From Mobula hypostoma (lineage: Eukaryota), in the NCBI RefSeq assembly GCF_963921235.1, contig NC_086097.1:183150001-183214000 (forward strand): a stretch of 64,000 bases of DNA. Reading direction: 5' to 3'. The notes under the pieces were generated by a model. That model was not told the origin of the DNA. It ran no database searches and saw only the letters and a list, made by a program, of their open reading frames with translations. The position numbers and the translations under genes were made by a program. Position 1 is the stretch's first letter, and each line of letters starts with the position of its first letter. Shown here piece by piece: positions 13,138 through 25,900 of this stretch.

Positions 13138-16100
13138 TATGTATAGTATATATTAAATAACTGCTTATGTTTTGCAGTCTTTCAGCAATTATGTGTTTTT
13201 GTAGTTTACATGAGTAAGGAACTGGCTGATATTGTCATCAGTATCCAAATTCCAATATGATGAATTATGAAATTGTATGGCTCCAGACCTGACGGCAGTT
13301 GATATAAAGGGCCGGCGAGGTGCTAAAAAGGATAAAGAGCTGGCTGCACCACTCTCTGCAGTACCCTCTGACTGAGGGTAGTACAGTTCCCTTACCAGGT
13401 GATGACATAGCCAGTCAGGATGCTCTTGATGGTGCCCTTGTAGGAAGTCCTGTGGATTTGGGGACTCATGCCGAACATCTTCAGCCATCTTGAGGTGAAA
13501 TCTCATCTGCTGAAAAGAGATTCTTTGACTGCCTCCAGCCTTTGCAGACCCATAGCTGGGTTATTAATGTGCACTGCCCTAACCCTTTTTGCACATTGCA
13601 ATGACTCCCCATCAAGCTACTTGCAGGGAAGGTCTAGCTCTTTGCTAGATTTGAGGCTTATTCCTTCCATGGCATTGCATAAGCTTGATTTACACGACAG
13701 GTAACTGGCAGTCTGGTTGTCAAATAGATTTAGTCCTGCTCTGTTTGTCTCGTCAAGCCAGATACTGCACCAAGCCAAATCTAATGCATCTGCGGCTCCT
13801 GAATGAGAGCAGCGTGCAGACTAGTTTTCCCAATGTCTGTCCTGGGATGGAAGGAAGGTCAGTCTGTCCATGTCTTTGTAAATGGAGTTGGTATCAGTAG
13901 CAACTCTTGACTGAGGTGTTTGCTGTGATGAAACTGCAGAAGGGGGTGGTATGGGTCTTTGCTGCTGTGGACCTTGACTGTCAATATCTGGACTATGTGA
14001 AGGGCATGTTTGCTGCATGGTGCGGACATCACATGGTTTTATAACTAAGGTAGACGATTTCCCAGTTCACATATGATTTTCTGTCTTCTAATTTTACATA
14101 CTCACTTTAGTTGGCAACCTCCTTTATTGCCAATTTGCATCTTTCTTACAGCTTGGATACATTATACATATCCCCTTTATAATTAGCTGTGGCCACACAC
14201 TTTTCCTTAAAGCTTCTGAGTTACAGACTACCAATTTGAAATTATTAATTTATTGTCTTTGATTTCTGCCAGTTAAGCAATCCTCAATCCATATCAGTAT
14301 TTAACTAAGCCTAGATTTATGTATTTAAGTCTTGTGCAGCACTTGTCTGAATGCTAGATTTACCGGCCAATACAAATAACAAAAAAGGATTCATCAAATT
14401 GCGTTTTCATAATAGTGCATGATCTCTGCCCAATCACATTATGAGTGTTTGAATACCTTTTAAACTTCCTTTATAACATTTTCCCTTTACCAATACCAGG
14501 ATAATTAGCAAGTCCTTCCTTATTTTCTCTATCCCTCTTCTGGAATAGCACATTCTAAAACTAACAGAATTCTGGAAGGTCAAAGCTGATCTCCGAAGCC
14601 TTGTTTTTTTTTAAACCCTAGGATGTAGGCCATCTGTTCCAGGGAATCTGTGGACTTTTATTTTCATTCATTTCCTTGGTCATTGTTTTAAATCAATAGA
14701 TTAAGTTCCTAATTTTCCATAGGATACAACATTCAAACTACAGGACTGAAGAACTAACCATATCGCCAGCCAAACTGATCTAGTAGTTGCAAAACTGCTG
14801 CCTACCTTACAAAGTGGAAAAACAGCAGGTCAAATCAAATGTGGCTAAATACTTTGGAGTCATAGCACAGAAACAGGTCCTTCAGAAACATCTTGTTTAT
14901 GACAACCATGAAGTGCCTATCTACACTAATCCTATTTACCAGCATTTGGTCCATAGCCTTCTCATCAAGATATTTCTTAGATGTTGTACTACCTTGCTTC
15001 CACCACACATTCAGGCAGTGTATTCAAGATTCCAACCACTCTCTGGGTGAAAAATGTTCTTCCTAAGAACCTTATTAAACTTCTTTCGTTACTCACTTTA
15101 TTCTCTCCCTTTAAGAACATAAGAAATAGGAGCAGGAGTAGGCCATCTGGCCCGTCGAGCCTGCTCCGCCATTCAGTAAGATCATGGCTGATCTGGCCAT
15201 GGCCTCATCTCCATCTACCTGCCTTTTCCCCATAACCCTTAATTCCCTTTTCATCCATCAGCTCTTCTTTTAGTTCTTTTTGTATTTATCTACATGAGGG
15301 GTAATTCGCATTAGCCTAACATCTACCAGTATGCCTTTGGCTTGTAAGAAGAAAGTGGTGTACTCAGCATAAACCTACACTTTCAGAGGGAGAATGAGCA
15401 AACACCACATTCAAGGTCAGGATCAAACCTCAATCTCTGAAGCTGTTAGCAACAGGACTAAATTAGGCAGTCAGGATTTTATCTGGTTCCAAAGCTCCAA
15501 TAATGCAAAGTGGATTGAATTAGTCAAAAATTAGTGGGGATCTCAGGAAGAAAGCAATTCAATCAGTGCCTATAGCTAAAGATAGTTGCAAATGTATCAA
15601 TCTTGTGTTTCAAAGTCACATGCCTCATCTCTAATTGTGTCTTTAATTTCACACATAATTTCACATATTTCCAAAGATTACAACATTGGGACAAAATTTA
15701 AAATAGTGTTCTGTACCCTCAAGTCCTCATCGTACTGTATCCATTTGTGACTGGTGCTGAACTACTAAAGAGTTAAGAAAATGAAGATTCTCCAGAACCA
15801 ACACAACATTGACAAAAAACTGCAAATGAATTACAAAGACACTGCAGAAGAGGGTTCAAAAGCCCTGAGATGTAAAAATTGAGTCTGGAAAATGCTGGTC
15901 TGGGACAAAAATGAGCCCCTTGATATCATGTGGTGATCTCAATCAGATCTTCTTCTTTTATGTGAGTGGTCAACAAAATTCCCAAGTTGCAAAATCTCCA
16001 GTTTATGTTGGTGAGGGACATACAACACATCTTGTAATGTCATTAAATGTGTGACTAATACCAGAAACATGCCAGATACATCACAGTGATTAACACATAG

Positions 16101-17044
16101 AACTGCCTGAACCATGTTCCCAATGAGTGTGATTTCACCTGAAAATGATCTAACTCAAGATTAAATAACTTTATACCTCAAAAAAAAATCTGAACACGTA
16201 TGCTGCCGTAACATTTCTTTGGTGGCTTCCACATAAATTATCTTCACTTTTAGTTATATTTGTAATACCAATGCTCTTATCTGGAATTCCAGTTATAACA
16301 TTCAGCCTGTCATATTTTTCAATAACAAAATCTTAATTTTTACTGCCTTAGTGAATAGGTGACTAAAAATAGTGGGATAATTATTCGATATCCTAACGCC
16401 ATTGTAGCTGCATCCAATTTGTAAAATACTGAGAGTGCCCTGTGTATCCCAGGCGATATTTTAACTAGCAAAAGGATTCTGAGCATACAAAATACTGTTT
16501 ACTGGATTTGACACCTCCTCTCTATCCTCCACTTCATATCTGGGATTCCTAATCTTCCCAGTTTTGTTATTCCCATTTATTACTTGTAGACTGGCATGAC
16601 AAAATTGCAGGTGCTTCTTTACCACCAAAATTGTCTCACAATTTTGAACAATTGTAGACTGAGAAGTTTTGCTGCAGATTCAGCAGCAAGTCAGCAGATG
16701 GCTCTGAATCCATAATCAAATTGCAAGGATCACCATAGCACTGGCCAAATAGCTTGAAAACGAGCAGTTTTGTGGTAGTTCCAATGTGTTTTGTTTTCAT
16801 TTTATACCCTGTGGTCTCCCTCAATCAGAAAGGGAAAAGGACTAAGTGGGGCAGTTTATGCTGGAATTGAGAGCATCCTGAGAGAGTGTGGGAGTAAAAC
16901 ACTGTGAGCATCACTAAATGGAAGAATGAGAAACAGCAGAGAGGATAGAGAAAAGGTAATTGCCATTTTTTGAACCTAAATGCTCACCATATTAACTCAT
17001 TGCTTACACTTTTGCCACCTACTTCATAATAACTAATATCTTTA

Positions 17045-17420
17045 ATGTGATGAGTCATCATTATGTGCTGTGTCATGTGACATGGGTGATCATGGTCTTC
17101 CATGTGTCATTTTTCAAAACCTTTGCTTATTCTTTTCTTTATCCATGACCATAATTGCTCAATGAATTTTTCTACATCAGTGGTTTGCCATTGCGTTCTT
17201 CTATGCAGTGTCTTTACAAGAAGGGTGTTGCCAGCCTGTATCAATACTCTTTGGAGATTATCTGCCTGGCATCAGCGTTGACGTAACCAGTACTTGTGAT
17301 TGCACCACCTGCTCCCATGAATTCACACGACCCTGATCGGGAGGGGGGCGGTGGAGATGCTAAGCACCTCACCCAAGGCTGCAAGGATGACCTGCAGGAT
17401 AGAGGGAAGGAGACATATCT
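17045..17420 (-). mobile_element. RTE-related non-autonomous retroposon remnant
   Basis: GCAATGGCAAACCAC motif also present (one mismatch) in the RTE 5' region near 55800; TGA-repeat-like tail. Confidence 0.45.
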
Positions 17421-17954
17421 CCACCCCACTACCATGTGACGAATATTCCTTTCTAATATCCAGCTCAGAGTGAAGCACTCACTTTGTACCTTTGCTGCAA
17501 GGAGATAACATTTTATCTGCACATTTTTGAACATCATATACCATCCTTCCCTCTCAAAATGGGGTATATACTCCTAACTTCAAAGCAGTGCTCCTTTTTG
17601 GCAATTTATAAGGCCTTGTACAGCTTCAGAGAAAAAAAAACACCAGGTACACTAACATGCTAAAAGAGTTCAGTCACCATTGTAAGGCTGGAAATGAAAT
17701 TATACCCATTAAATGTATAAATGTCAAGGGGATTTAATTTATGTAGTTAGAAAAAGGCTATTTGAGTAGAAAAGTTGTGTGGCAATACCAAGGCATAGAT
17801 ATGCACTGTTTTGGAATAGGATTAGTTTAAATATCAGGAAGTACTTTGTTTCAGGAAGCTGTAGATTTTACATTTTTCCCTCTTTAACTAGTTAATACTG
17901 AAACTTCACATTAGATGTCTGCTGCCATCTAGGAGCCAATCATTACCGGTAATT

Positions 17955-18630
17955 TATTTTCTAAATGCGGAAAAAATTCAAAATCAGAGGTGCAAAGGGA
18001 CTTGGTTGTCTTCATGGAGGATTCCCTAAAGATTACCTTGCAGGTTGAGTCGGTGGTAAGGAAGGCAAATGCAATGTTAGCATTCATTTCAACAGGACTA
18101 GAATACAAGAGCAATAACGAAATGCTGGAGGTTTATAAAGTATTGGTCAGATGGCACTTAGTGAGCAGTTCCCGGCCCCTTATCAAAAAAAGATGCACAG
18201 GCATTGGAGAGAGTCCAGAGGAGTGTCACGACAATTATCCCAGGAATGAAAGGGTTAACATATGAGGAGCAATTGATAGTTCTCCGCCTGCACTCACTGG
18301 AGCTTAGATGATTGAATGGGGATATCATGGAAATCTATCCAACATTGAAAGGTTGAGACAGAGTGGATGTGGAGAGGATGTTTCCTATAGTGGGAAGTCA
18401 AGGATTAGACAGCATGACCTCAGAACTGAAGGACATCCATTTAGAACAGAAATGAGAAAAATTTTATTTAGGCAGAGGGTGGTGAATCTGTGGAATACAA
18501 TGCCACAGGCAGCTGTGCAGGCCAGTTTATTAGGTATATTTAACGTGGAAGTTGATAGCTTTTTGATTAATCACGGCTTCAAAGGTTAAGGGGAGAAGGC
18601 AGGAGAACTGAATTGAGAGGGATAATAAAT
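17955..18630 (+). mobile_element. Decayed CR1 3' fragment
   Basis: QRDL...KANAMLAFI and QRVVNLWN peptides. Confidence 0.8.
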
Positions 18631-18747
18631 CAATTGCTCGGTCTTAATTGCATGTTTTCATTCATTCAATATTCTTACAAGATAAATCATTATTGATGGC
18701 AGACTAAAATGATGGAATGGAATCTGGGTAAAAACAAGTCACATTTG

Positions 18748-18880
18748 CTGTCCAGATGAAGGGTCTCAACCCAAAATATTGACTGTCCATTTCCCAATGT
18801 AGATGCTATATGATCTGTTGAGTTCCTCCAGTGGTTTGTGCGTCGCTCCAGATTCCAGCAGCAGCAGTCCCGTATCTCCA
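18748..18880 (+). mobile_element. Decayed Penelope-like terminus
   Basis: GTCCAGATGAAGGGTCTCAACCCAAAATATTGACTG (degenerate hammerhead) followed by a pLTR-like end. Confidence 0.55.
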
Positions 18881-19839
18881 CAGTACTATAGCAGCTCATG
18901 ACTTCAGTCACGAGCTAGTCAATGAATATTGTCTTCTGTGAATGATACATTGCTGCATAATCAATATCGGTGGAGCTTTTACAGGAATTATTTTGTTGCA
19001 GTTCAATTTGAAATTAGTTTTTTAAGACAATACGCTAATACCTGCAATTCATGATGATCGTAGTTAGAAGAGAATGGTTCACTTTTCTCAAATTAACTGC
19101 TGGCAAATTCATAAAGAAACAAAGAAATCTGTGTTTTAATTCTTTAGGAGGGGTGCACTTGTGGAACACCTATCAGAACAGATGTTAAAAGGAATCATTA
19201 TAGCTGCTGTGCTAGAAACCTGGCGTGAATCCCTGCCCTCTGTTGGCACTTCTGAGGCAACAAAATGCTCGGTGTAAAGGCACAGTAGTCTGAAAAGACT
19301 GACATTGGGGAAGTGGAGGCCAGCAATGAGGAATGGATCTGAGTGCTGTGTGTCGTCTGGCATTGTGAATACAGGCCATTGCTGGCGACAGCTCAGATCC
19401 GATGGTCTTTTCGTTACCTTCCACTGGGAGTGATGGAAGCTGCTGTCTTCTCTTTTCTTGATTACACAGCTCTGCCCAGCACTGAGGTTTCTCTGTAGCA
19501 AAAGGCTAAACATAATAGCAAACAGAATACTGAACTATATTATAATAGACAGAAGATGACATGAGGGAGGGAGTGGAATTAATGATTTATTTTGCCTTGA
19601 AAGTGAGTTCGTTGGAGGGAAATCAGAGAGACAGGTCAACAGTGTGAAAAACCAGTGTGAAATTGGCATGCAATAGCAAAAGCAAACTTTGTGATTTGCT
19701 TAAGAACCAATTGTTTTGATGAGAGAACACTAATGGAAAGATGCCAGGTTAACTGTGTGTAGGTATGTTAGTTCACTGGGATGAATCGTCATCACTATCT
19801 ATGTAATCTGTGAGTGAATTTTGATTGATTTGCCTTGTT

Positions 19840-21316
19840 AGCACTGCAATACTACAGTTTTATTAATTAATGTTCAATAATTTCTCAAAATAATAACAAA
19901 CAACATAACATAACCAATTTCACCATTAGCACTGCTTTACAAAGCTATCAAATTCATATTTACAAATCAACAAGTGAGCACCAATTAATATTTGTAGAAG
20001 TGTTCCAAAACACTTCCGTTGCTCTTTGTGAAAAATTTATTTCGAATTCTCCTACACTGGTTCTAAGTGTTAAAACACGCTCCCTTATCCTAAACTTGCC
20101 AATCATTGAAAAATTTTATTTTCTCAATAAGCCACAGATGCGCGAAGTGGTCATGTATCACGTGCATTCAAATTCAACGCTAGACAATGTGAAGCCAGGT
20201 TGGGAAGGTCAGTCCACAGAGAGACCATTACATTTTAGTGGGGTTACTACATAAATAATTTTTTTTTTTCCACTTGTTATTTGTAACAATAGCTATGGCA
20301 AAGAAAGGTCCAATCATGCAGTCCTTAAGGTCTTTTCCATAAGAAATAGATAATTAGATTTAATCCAGAGCAACTCATGCAACAAGATGCAAACATGTGT
20401 ACCAAATACATCTACTGAAAACAGGGTTGCAGCTTTGCTGCAGTTTGTTTTCATAATTATTTCCTCAAAACAAAAAAAAACTTTTTAAATACATTTCAGT
20501 AGCTTTATAATAAATATTCCAACAGCTAAATATTTAATAACTAAAATATCCTGTGCATGCCAAGGAAACAAAAATTACAGTACATAAAGCAATATTTAGA
20601 AACCCTCTTCTCTTAACTGTAAGCTCAGGATAAACCTTTGGATATGAGTTTGAAAGGACAATTTTTTTTCTAATATGTATTTATAAAGTTAAAATCACAC
20701 AAACCTTCCAACAAGCATTTCAGTGGATATTATAAATTTTCTTACAAGAAAAATGGTTGTCTTTGATAGACCTACCGAAAGCTATTTGACTGAATTCTTA
20801 AAGAAACAACTTAAGATGGCATCAACAATTATTTCTAAAAGTTTAAAACTTCAAAGTGACTGTTTTGAGCCATCCTGTATTTATACTTAAATTCAAATCA
20901 ACAAAGCAAAGCATCTGAAATACAAAACAAGCACAAACTTTAACTCCTCCATTTCTACTCTCCATACCAATTTTTATGCAGTGTGGGTAGCAATATATTT
21001 ACAGTCAGTATAATGTTACAGTATCTCTTTCACGCTACAGACATGACTTCAATTTGAATTGCATTGTACTTGGTTGCCTTCAGACTAATTTCCACTTCAT
21101 ACATGGCTAAGTGTTTAATAAATTACAAATCAGTGTATACCTACCTAGATTTTACTTCCATTACTTTTGTTTTAAATTATTAAATTTGAGCTGTCAATAT
21201 TCAGATCTGGGTTCTGGAGACTAAGTAGTCATAATGACCTAATCTTAAACTAAAAGTACTATCATTCTATAATTCTTCAACCACCTTTCGCATTTGAACA
21301 CTTCCCAGCATGAATT
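19840..21316 (-). other. PDP1: Probable PDP1 3' UTR with polyadenylation signals
   Basis: AT-rich stretch after the stop codon with no recognisable repeats; minus-strand AATAAA at 20115-20120, 20036-20041 and 19859-19864. Confidence 0.55.
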
Positions 21317-22942
21317 TTAGTTTTCTGAATTATGCTTGTAATGTGTATTTATAACATGAGAATTAAACTGCACTACTGTCACGGTTATATCATCTCTGTA
21401 CATTCGTGCCAGATCTTCAGGAAGACTAAGCATTTTCGATAATCGCGCATGATCGATTGCCCCAAACTCATTGTGACCTACTGCATACCGTATAAGATGA
21501 GTTGCAGAATTCTGATCCTCAAATGTAGATGAAATACGAGCTCTTCTCTCCATTAACAATTCATGCATCTGACCAACTGTCACTTTGTAACCCCCAACAG
21601 TAATAGGCTGCTGAAGATGGACACCAGTTAGATGTTCCCCAACTATTCTTACAACTTCCTGTCTATGTAATATTTCCCACAGCCCATCTGTGGCTAACAC
21701 AAGGAACTTATCCTGAGGCCTTAATTTATGGTAAGTGACTTCAGGCTGAGCTGTTAGATATGGGGGAGTGTAATAATTGGGCGGAATAAATTTTGTACAT
21801 TCGTTTTCATGTAATAGCTCTGGACCAGACTCAAGTACTCGCTTTTGCAGCTCAATGCTCCATTTGAACTTAACGTCACCAAAAGCTCTAAATGGCATTA
21901 GCAAACCAAGTAAACGTTCCTGTTTAACAACAGTTTTTGCTTCAGATTTTGGGTGTTCAGATTTAACTCTTTCAACCTCACTTTTATTCTGTGCATTATG
22001 GTCATTGGACAGTGTGACTGCAGACCAGGTTCCATCTTCTTCTTGAACACCAAGCACTGCTCTGCTGTCACCAGTATTAGCAATATGCAAATCTACACCA
22101 TCTATATGTGCAACACAAGCAGTGGCGCCAGAAAATGCCACTTGTAACTGCCAATAATTGAGATGCGAGTTATCACTACGCACTTGAGCTTCTAATGAAA
22201 TATCATTATCCAGCCTTTTGAACGAATTTATCAGTGCTTCCATGGTGTCAGCTGTCTCCTCTGTATGGAGATCAATTAACTCTTGCCAATAGGTTCTTAA
22301 GCTTTCAAAGTACATTTTTGAAGCCTCTTTACTGAAGTAATCATTAGGATGTTTGTGCCATTGTAAAAGTGGCAGTACAACGCGGCCATTATCCACTGCA
22401 TTCTCTATTTCCAACAAGGTCTCATGACTTAACAAAGAAACAGCAATATAGTAGAAGAGTCGCTCGCTGACTCCCTGTGCACAAGCACAGCCTGCATGAC
22501 CATCAACAACGCCCAACAGCATTCCCCGAGTCTGCAAACATGTAGCAGCACATCTTCGATCTTCAACTGGAGAATTGGATGGTAACTGGTTAGTGTCAAA
22601 CCCTAGAACAGAACTAACATTTTTCCCATCAAATTCCGGTACTTTAAAACTGAATTCATTTGCCTTCAAGATGCTGTTAACCTGAGGAGGGGTAAGGCTG
22701 TAAGGCTGAACAACTGTGGTCCTGTAATTCCTCAGATGGAGATGACCAAATAACACTACTGGCCTGTGTGATCCAAGTAAGGGAGTTGGTAAAGTCTTTA
22801 TGAAGTATCTGCCTGTTGTGTGTTGATCAGCTTTAGTAGACAGGCAGTTTTCAAAGCTACAGCGGTGGCGAACTGTGGCACAGACCATACGTCTCTCTCC
22901 ATTTCGAAGTGCTGAATACACTACTTGCATTGTCACCAACAT
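21317..22942 (-). CDS. PDP1: Pyruvate dehydrogenase phosphatase catalytic subunit 1 (mitochondrial PP2C/PPM family), single coding exon, 541 aa
   Basis: Intact ORF with PPM motifs EDRR, DGHAG, ANTGDSRAVLG, RAFGD, LATDGLWE and RDDITV. Has the PDP1-type segment LTPPQVNSILKANEFSFKVPEFDGKNVSS and an Arg-containing N-terminus resembling a targeting peptide. Splice acceptor (ttttttaaatag|GAAATG) at 22991/22990, 48 nt upstream of the ATG. Adjacent to TMEM67, as in other vertebrates. Confidence 0.96.
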   Translation of the reverse strand: MLVTMQVVYSALRNGERRMVCATVRHRCSFENCLSTKADQHTTGRYFIKTLPTPLLGSHRPVVLFGHLHLRNYRTTVVQPYSLTPPQVNSILKANEFSFKVPEFDGKNVSSVLGFDTNQLPSNSPVEDRRCAATCLQTRGMLLGVVDGHAGCACAQGVSERLFYYIAVSLLSHETLLEIENAVDNGRVVLPLLQWHKHPNDYFSKEASKMYFESLRTYWQELIDLHTEETADTMEALINSFKRLDNDISLEAQVRSDNSHLNYWQLQVAFSGATACVAHIDGVDLHIANTGDSRAVLGVQEEDGTWSAVTLSNDHNAQNKSEVERVKSEHPKSEAKTVVKQERLLGLLMPFRAFGDVKFKWSIELQKRVLESGPELLHENECTKFIPPNYYTPPYLTAQPEVTYHKLRPQDKFLVLATDGLWEILHRQEVVRIVGEHLTGVHLQQPITVGGYKVTVGQMHELLMERRARISSTFEDQNSATHLIRYAVGHNEFGAIDHARLSKMLSLPEDLARMYRDDITVTVVQFNSHVINTHYKHNSEN

Positions 22943-23259
22943 TTCATCAGGTTATGTTGGAACACAAGAAGATAGACCTTCCAGCATTTCCTATTTAAAA
23001 AACACAAAAATTATTCCTTTATTGTATCCCACACAAACTCTTGTGCAAGAGTAAAAATACTCATTATATAGTTTTTAAATCCATTACCCTAGAAAGTATT
23101 TTTACATTTGTTGGAAAGTCCCAAGTATTGCAAAACAATTGGAAATCAATATATACCATCAATACAAAAGATAGTTCTATTTTCTTTGAAGTGTAGGAAA
23201 GCAAAGAGTGATATCGTTGAAATATAGAAGATCCTGTGAAAGCATTAAAGAGTTGATTT

Positions 23260-23570
23260 CAGCACACTCCCTGTCCTCTCCTATTAGATTTTTTCTTCAG
23301 CCCTTTACTTCTTCCACCCATCCCCTTCTGTCTTCTTCCTTCAATCCTCCTTGTCCACCCACGCACCTACCCCTCTCCAGGCCTCCAGTTTATACTTCTT
23401 CCCCTCTCCCTACCTTCTGCCCGCTTCATTTCCAGCCCTATTGAAGGGTCTTGCCCCAAAATGTTGATTGTTTATTCCCCTCCATAGATGCTGCCTGACT
23501 CGCTGAGTTCCTCTAACATTTTGTGTGTGTTGTTCAAGATTTCCAGCATCTACAGAATCTTTTGTGTTTA
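23260..23570 (+). mobile_element. Decayed Penelope-like pLTR fragment
   Basis: Pyrimidine-rich tract followed by a degenerate hammerhead (TTGAAGGGTCTTGCCCCAAAATGTTGA) and the GATGCTGCCTG...TTCCAGCATCT terminus shared with the other copies. Confidence 0.65.
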
Positions 23571-23594
23571 GGGTTAATGTCAAGTTTACACCAA

Positions 23595-25090
23595 TAGTGC
23601 TTGGGAAACTGAAAGATCTGTACATAGATAACTCACTTGGACCAGATGGTCAACACCCCAGGGTTCTGAAAGACGTAGCTGAAGAGATAGTGGAGGCGTT
23701 AGTAATGACCTATTTAGAACCACTAGTTCCTGGCATGGTTCCGGAGGACTGGAAAATTGCAAATGTCACTCCACTTTTTAAGAACAGCATGAGGCAGAAG
23801 AAAGGAAAATATAGTCCAGTTTGCCTGACTTCAGTGTCTGGGAAGATGTGGTAATCCATTATTAAGGATGAGGTTTTAGGGTACTTGGCGGCTCATGATA
23901 AGATAGGCCAAAGGAAGCATGATTTGCTTAAGGGGAAATCTTACCTGACAAATCATTTGGAAATCTTTGAGAAAGTAACAGGCACGATAAACAAAGGAGA
24001 GTTGGTGGATGTTGTTTACTTGGATGTTCACAAGGCTACTGACAAACTGCCGCACATGAAGCTGCTTAACAAGAGCCCATGGTACTGCAGCAAAGGTCCT
24101 AGCATGGCTAACTATCAAGAGACAGACTGGGAATAAAGGGAGACTTTTCTGGTAGTCTGCTGGTGACTAGTGGTGTTCCTCAGGGGTCGGTGATTCTTTT
24201 TACACTATATGTCAACAATGTGGATGAAGGAATTAATGGCTTTGTGGCCAGGTTTGCAGATGATACAAAGACAGATGGAGGAGCAGGTAGTGTTGAAGAA
24301 GCAGGGAGTCTGCGGAAAGATTGGGTGGCTGGGCCAAGAATTTACAGATGAATATAGTGTAGGGAAGTACATGGTCATGCACTTTGGTAGAAGGAATAAA
24401 GTCAGACTGTTTTCTAAATGTTGAGAAAATTGAAAGATCAGAGGTGGAAAGAGACATAGGAGTTCTTGTGCAGGATTCCCTAAAGATTAACTTGCAGGTT
24501 GAGTAGGTGGTAAGGAAGGCAAATGCAATGTGAGCATTCAGTTCGAGAGGACGAGAATCTAAGAATAAGGATGTGATGCTGAAGCTTTATATGCTGTTGG
24601 TCAGTCTGCATTTGGAATATTGTGAGCAACTTTGATCCCCTTATCTGAAAAAAAGTTGTGCTGGCATTGGAATAGGTTTCGGGGATGAAAGGATTAACGT
24701 ACAATGAGTGTTTGGTGGCTCTGGGCCTGTTCTCACTGGAGTTCAGAAGAATGGGGGGAGGGGGAAATCTCACTTAAACCTATTGAATATTGAAAGGCCT
24801 AGATAGAGCGGATGTGGAGAGGATGTTTCCTATTCTGGGTGAGTCTACGGCCATTTAGAACAGAGATGAGGAAGAATTTCTTTAACCAGATGGTGCTGAA
24901 TGTGTGAAATTCATTGCCACAGACAACTGTGAAGGCCAAATCATTGGGTATATTTAAAGCGGAAGATGATAGGTTCTTGATTAGTCAGAACATCAAAGGG
25001 TATGGGAAGCAGGCAGCATAATAAATCAGGCATGATGGAGAGACTCAGTGGGCCGAATGGCCTAATTCAGCTCCAATGTCTTATGGCTAT
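23595..25090 (+). mobile_element. Decayed CR1 RT and 3' end in the PDP1 intron (antisense)
   Basis: [33 protein letters not shown] and RFADDTK peptides. Confidence 0.85.
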
Positions 25091-25625
25091 GAAATTATCT
25101 ATTTGGATTGTATATAAAACAGTTTTCCATTGTACCCTGTACATTTTTTAAACTTATTTCTTAAAATATCATCAAGCCTGATTTCCTTTACTTAAGAAAA
25201 TAAAAACTTGTCTTTGACAATTACAACAAAAGTTTACCAGAATAATTCCAGGGGAATAGTTCTATTCATGCAGAATTTAGAAGAATGAAAGACGGACAGT
25301 ACGTGCGATTTTGGTCCCTATACTTTAAGGATACTCTAAGCCTTGGAGATAATGCAATTCAGATTTATAAGATTGATTCTGAGAAAGAGATGAATATCCT
25401 ATGAAGTGCAATTGAGGAAGCTGTATGGGCGGCAATCTCATACAATATTACGTATCACTAACAGTTGTAGTCATAGGACAAAGGCAGCGTTGCAATGTGA
25501 CTCCTTACAGCTGCAACAATTTCACTATATCTGACTTCCAGAGACATTATTGGTGTTGTCACTGGTTTATTATCGTCACATGTACTGAGATACGAGGAAA
25601 AAGCTTGTCTTACATACTGTTCATA

Positions 25626-25760
25626 CACACAAGAAAACCGGCGGATGCTGGGAATCAAAGTAATACACACAAAATGCTGGAGGAACTCAGCAGGCCAGGC
25701 AGCATCTATGGAAAAGAGTAAACAGTCAATGTTTCAGGCTGACACCTTTCATCAGTCCTG
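25626..25760 (-). mobile_element. Decayed Penelope-like terminus
   Basis: Minus strand CTGATGAAAGGTGTCAGCCTGAAACATTGACTG plus the shared pLTR end. Confidence 0.6.
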
Positions 25761-25900
25761 AGAGAATCGCCAGGATGAGTGGGGTCTTTGATTATACTGG
25801 CTGCTTCACTGAGGTAGTGAGCACAGAAACCAACAGTTAAATTTGAGGGAAATAAAAAAAAACCTTTTAAAGCTAAAATGTTAACCAAAATACATAAATA

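Noticed and set aside
19136..19513. 125-aa minus-strand ORF as a standalone gene
   Set aside because: No recognisable domain, and its start lies within what looks like a splice-acceptor tract.
1..21000. CDH17 or other plus-strand coding exons expected from synteny
   Set aside because: No cadherin or other recognisable peptide was found in the non-repeat stretches.
21777..22147. Short ORFs overlapping PDP1
   Set aside because: Antisense or alternate-frame shadows of the real CDS.
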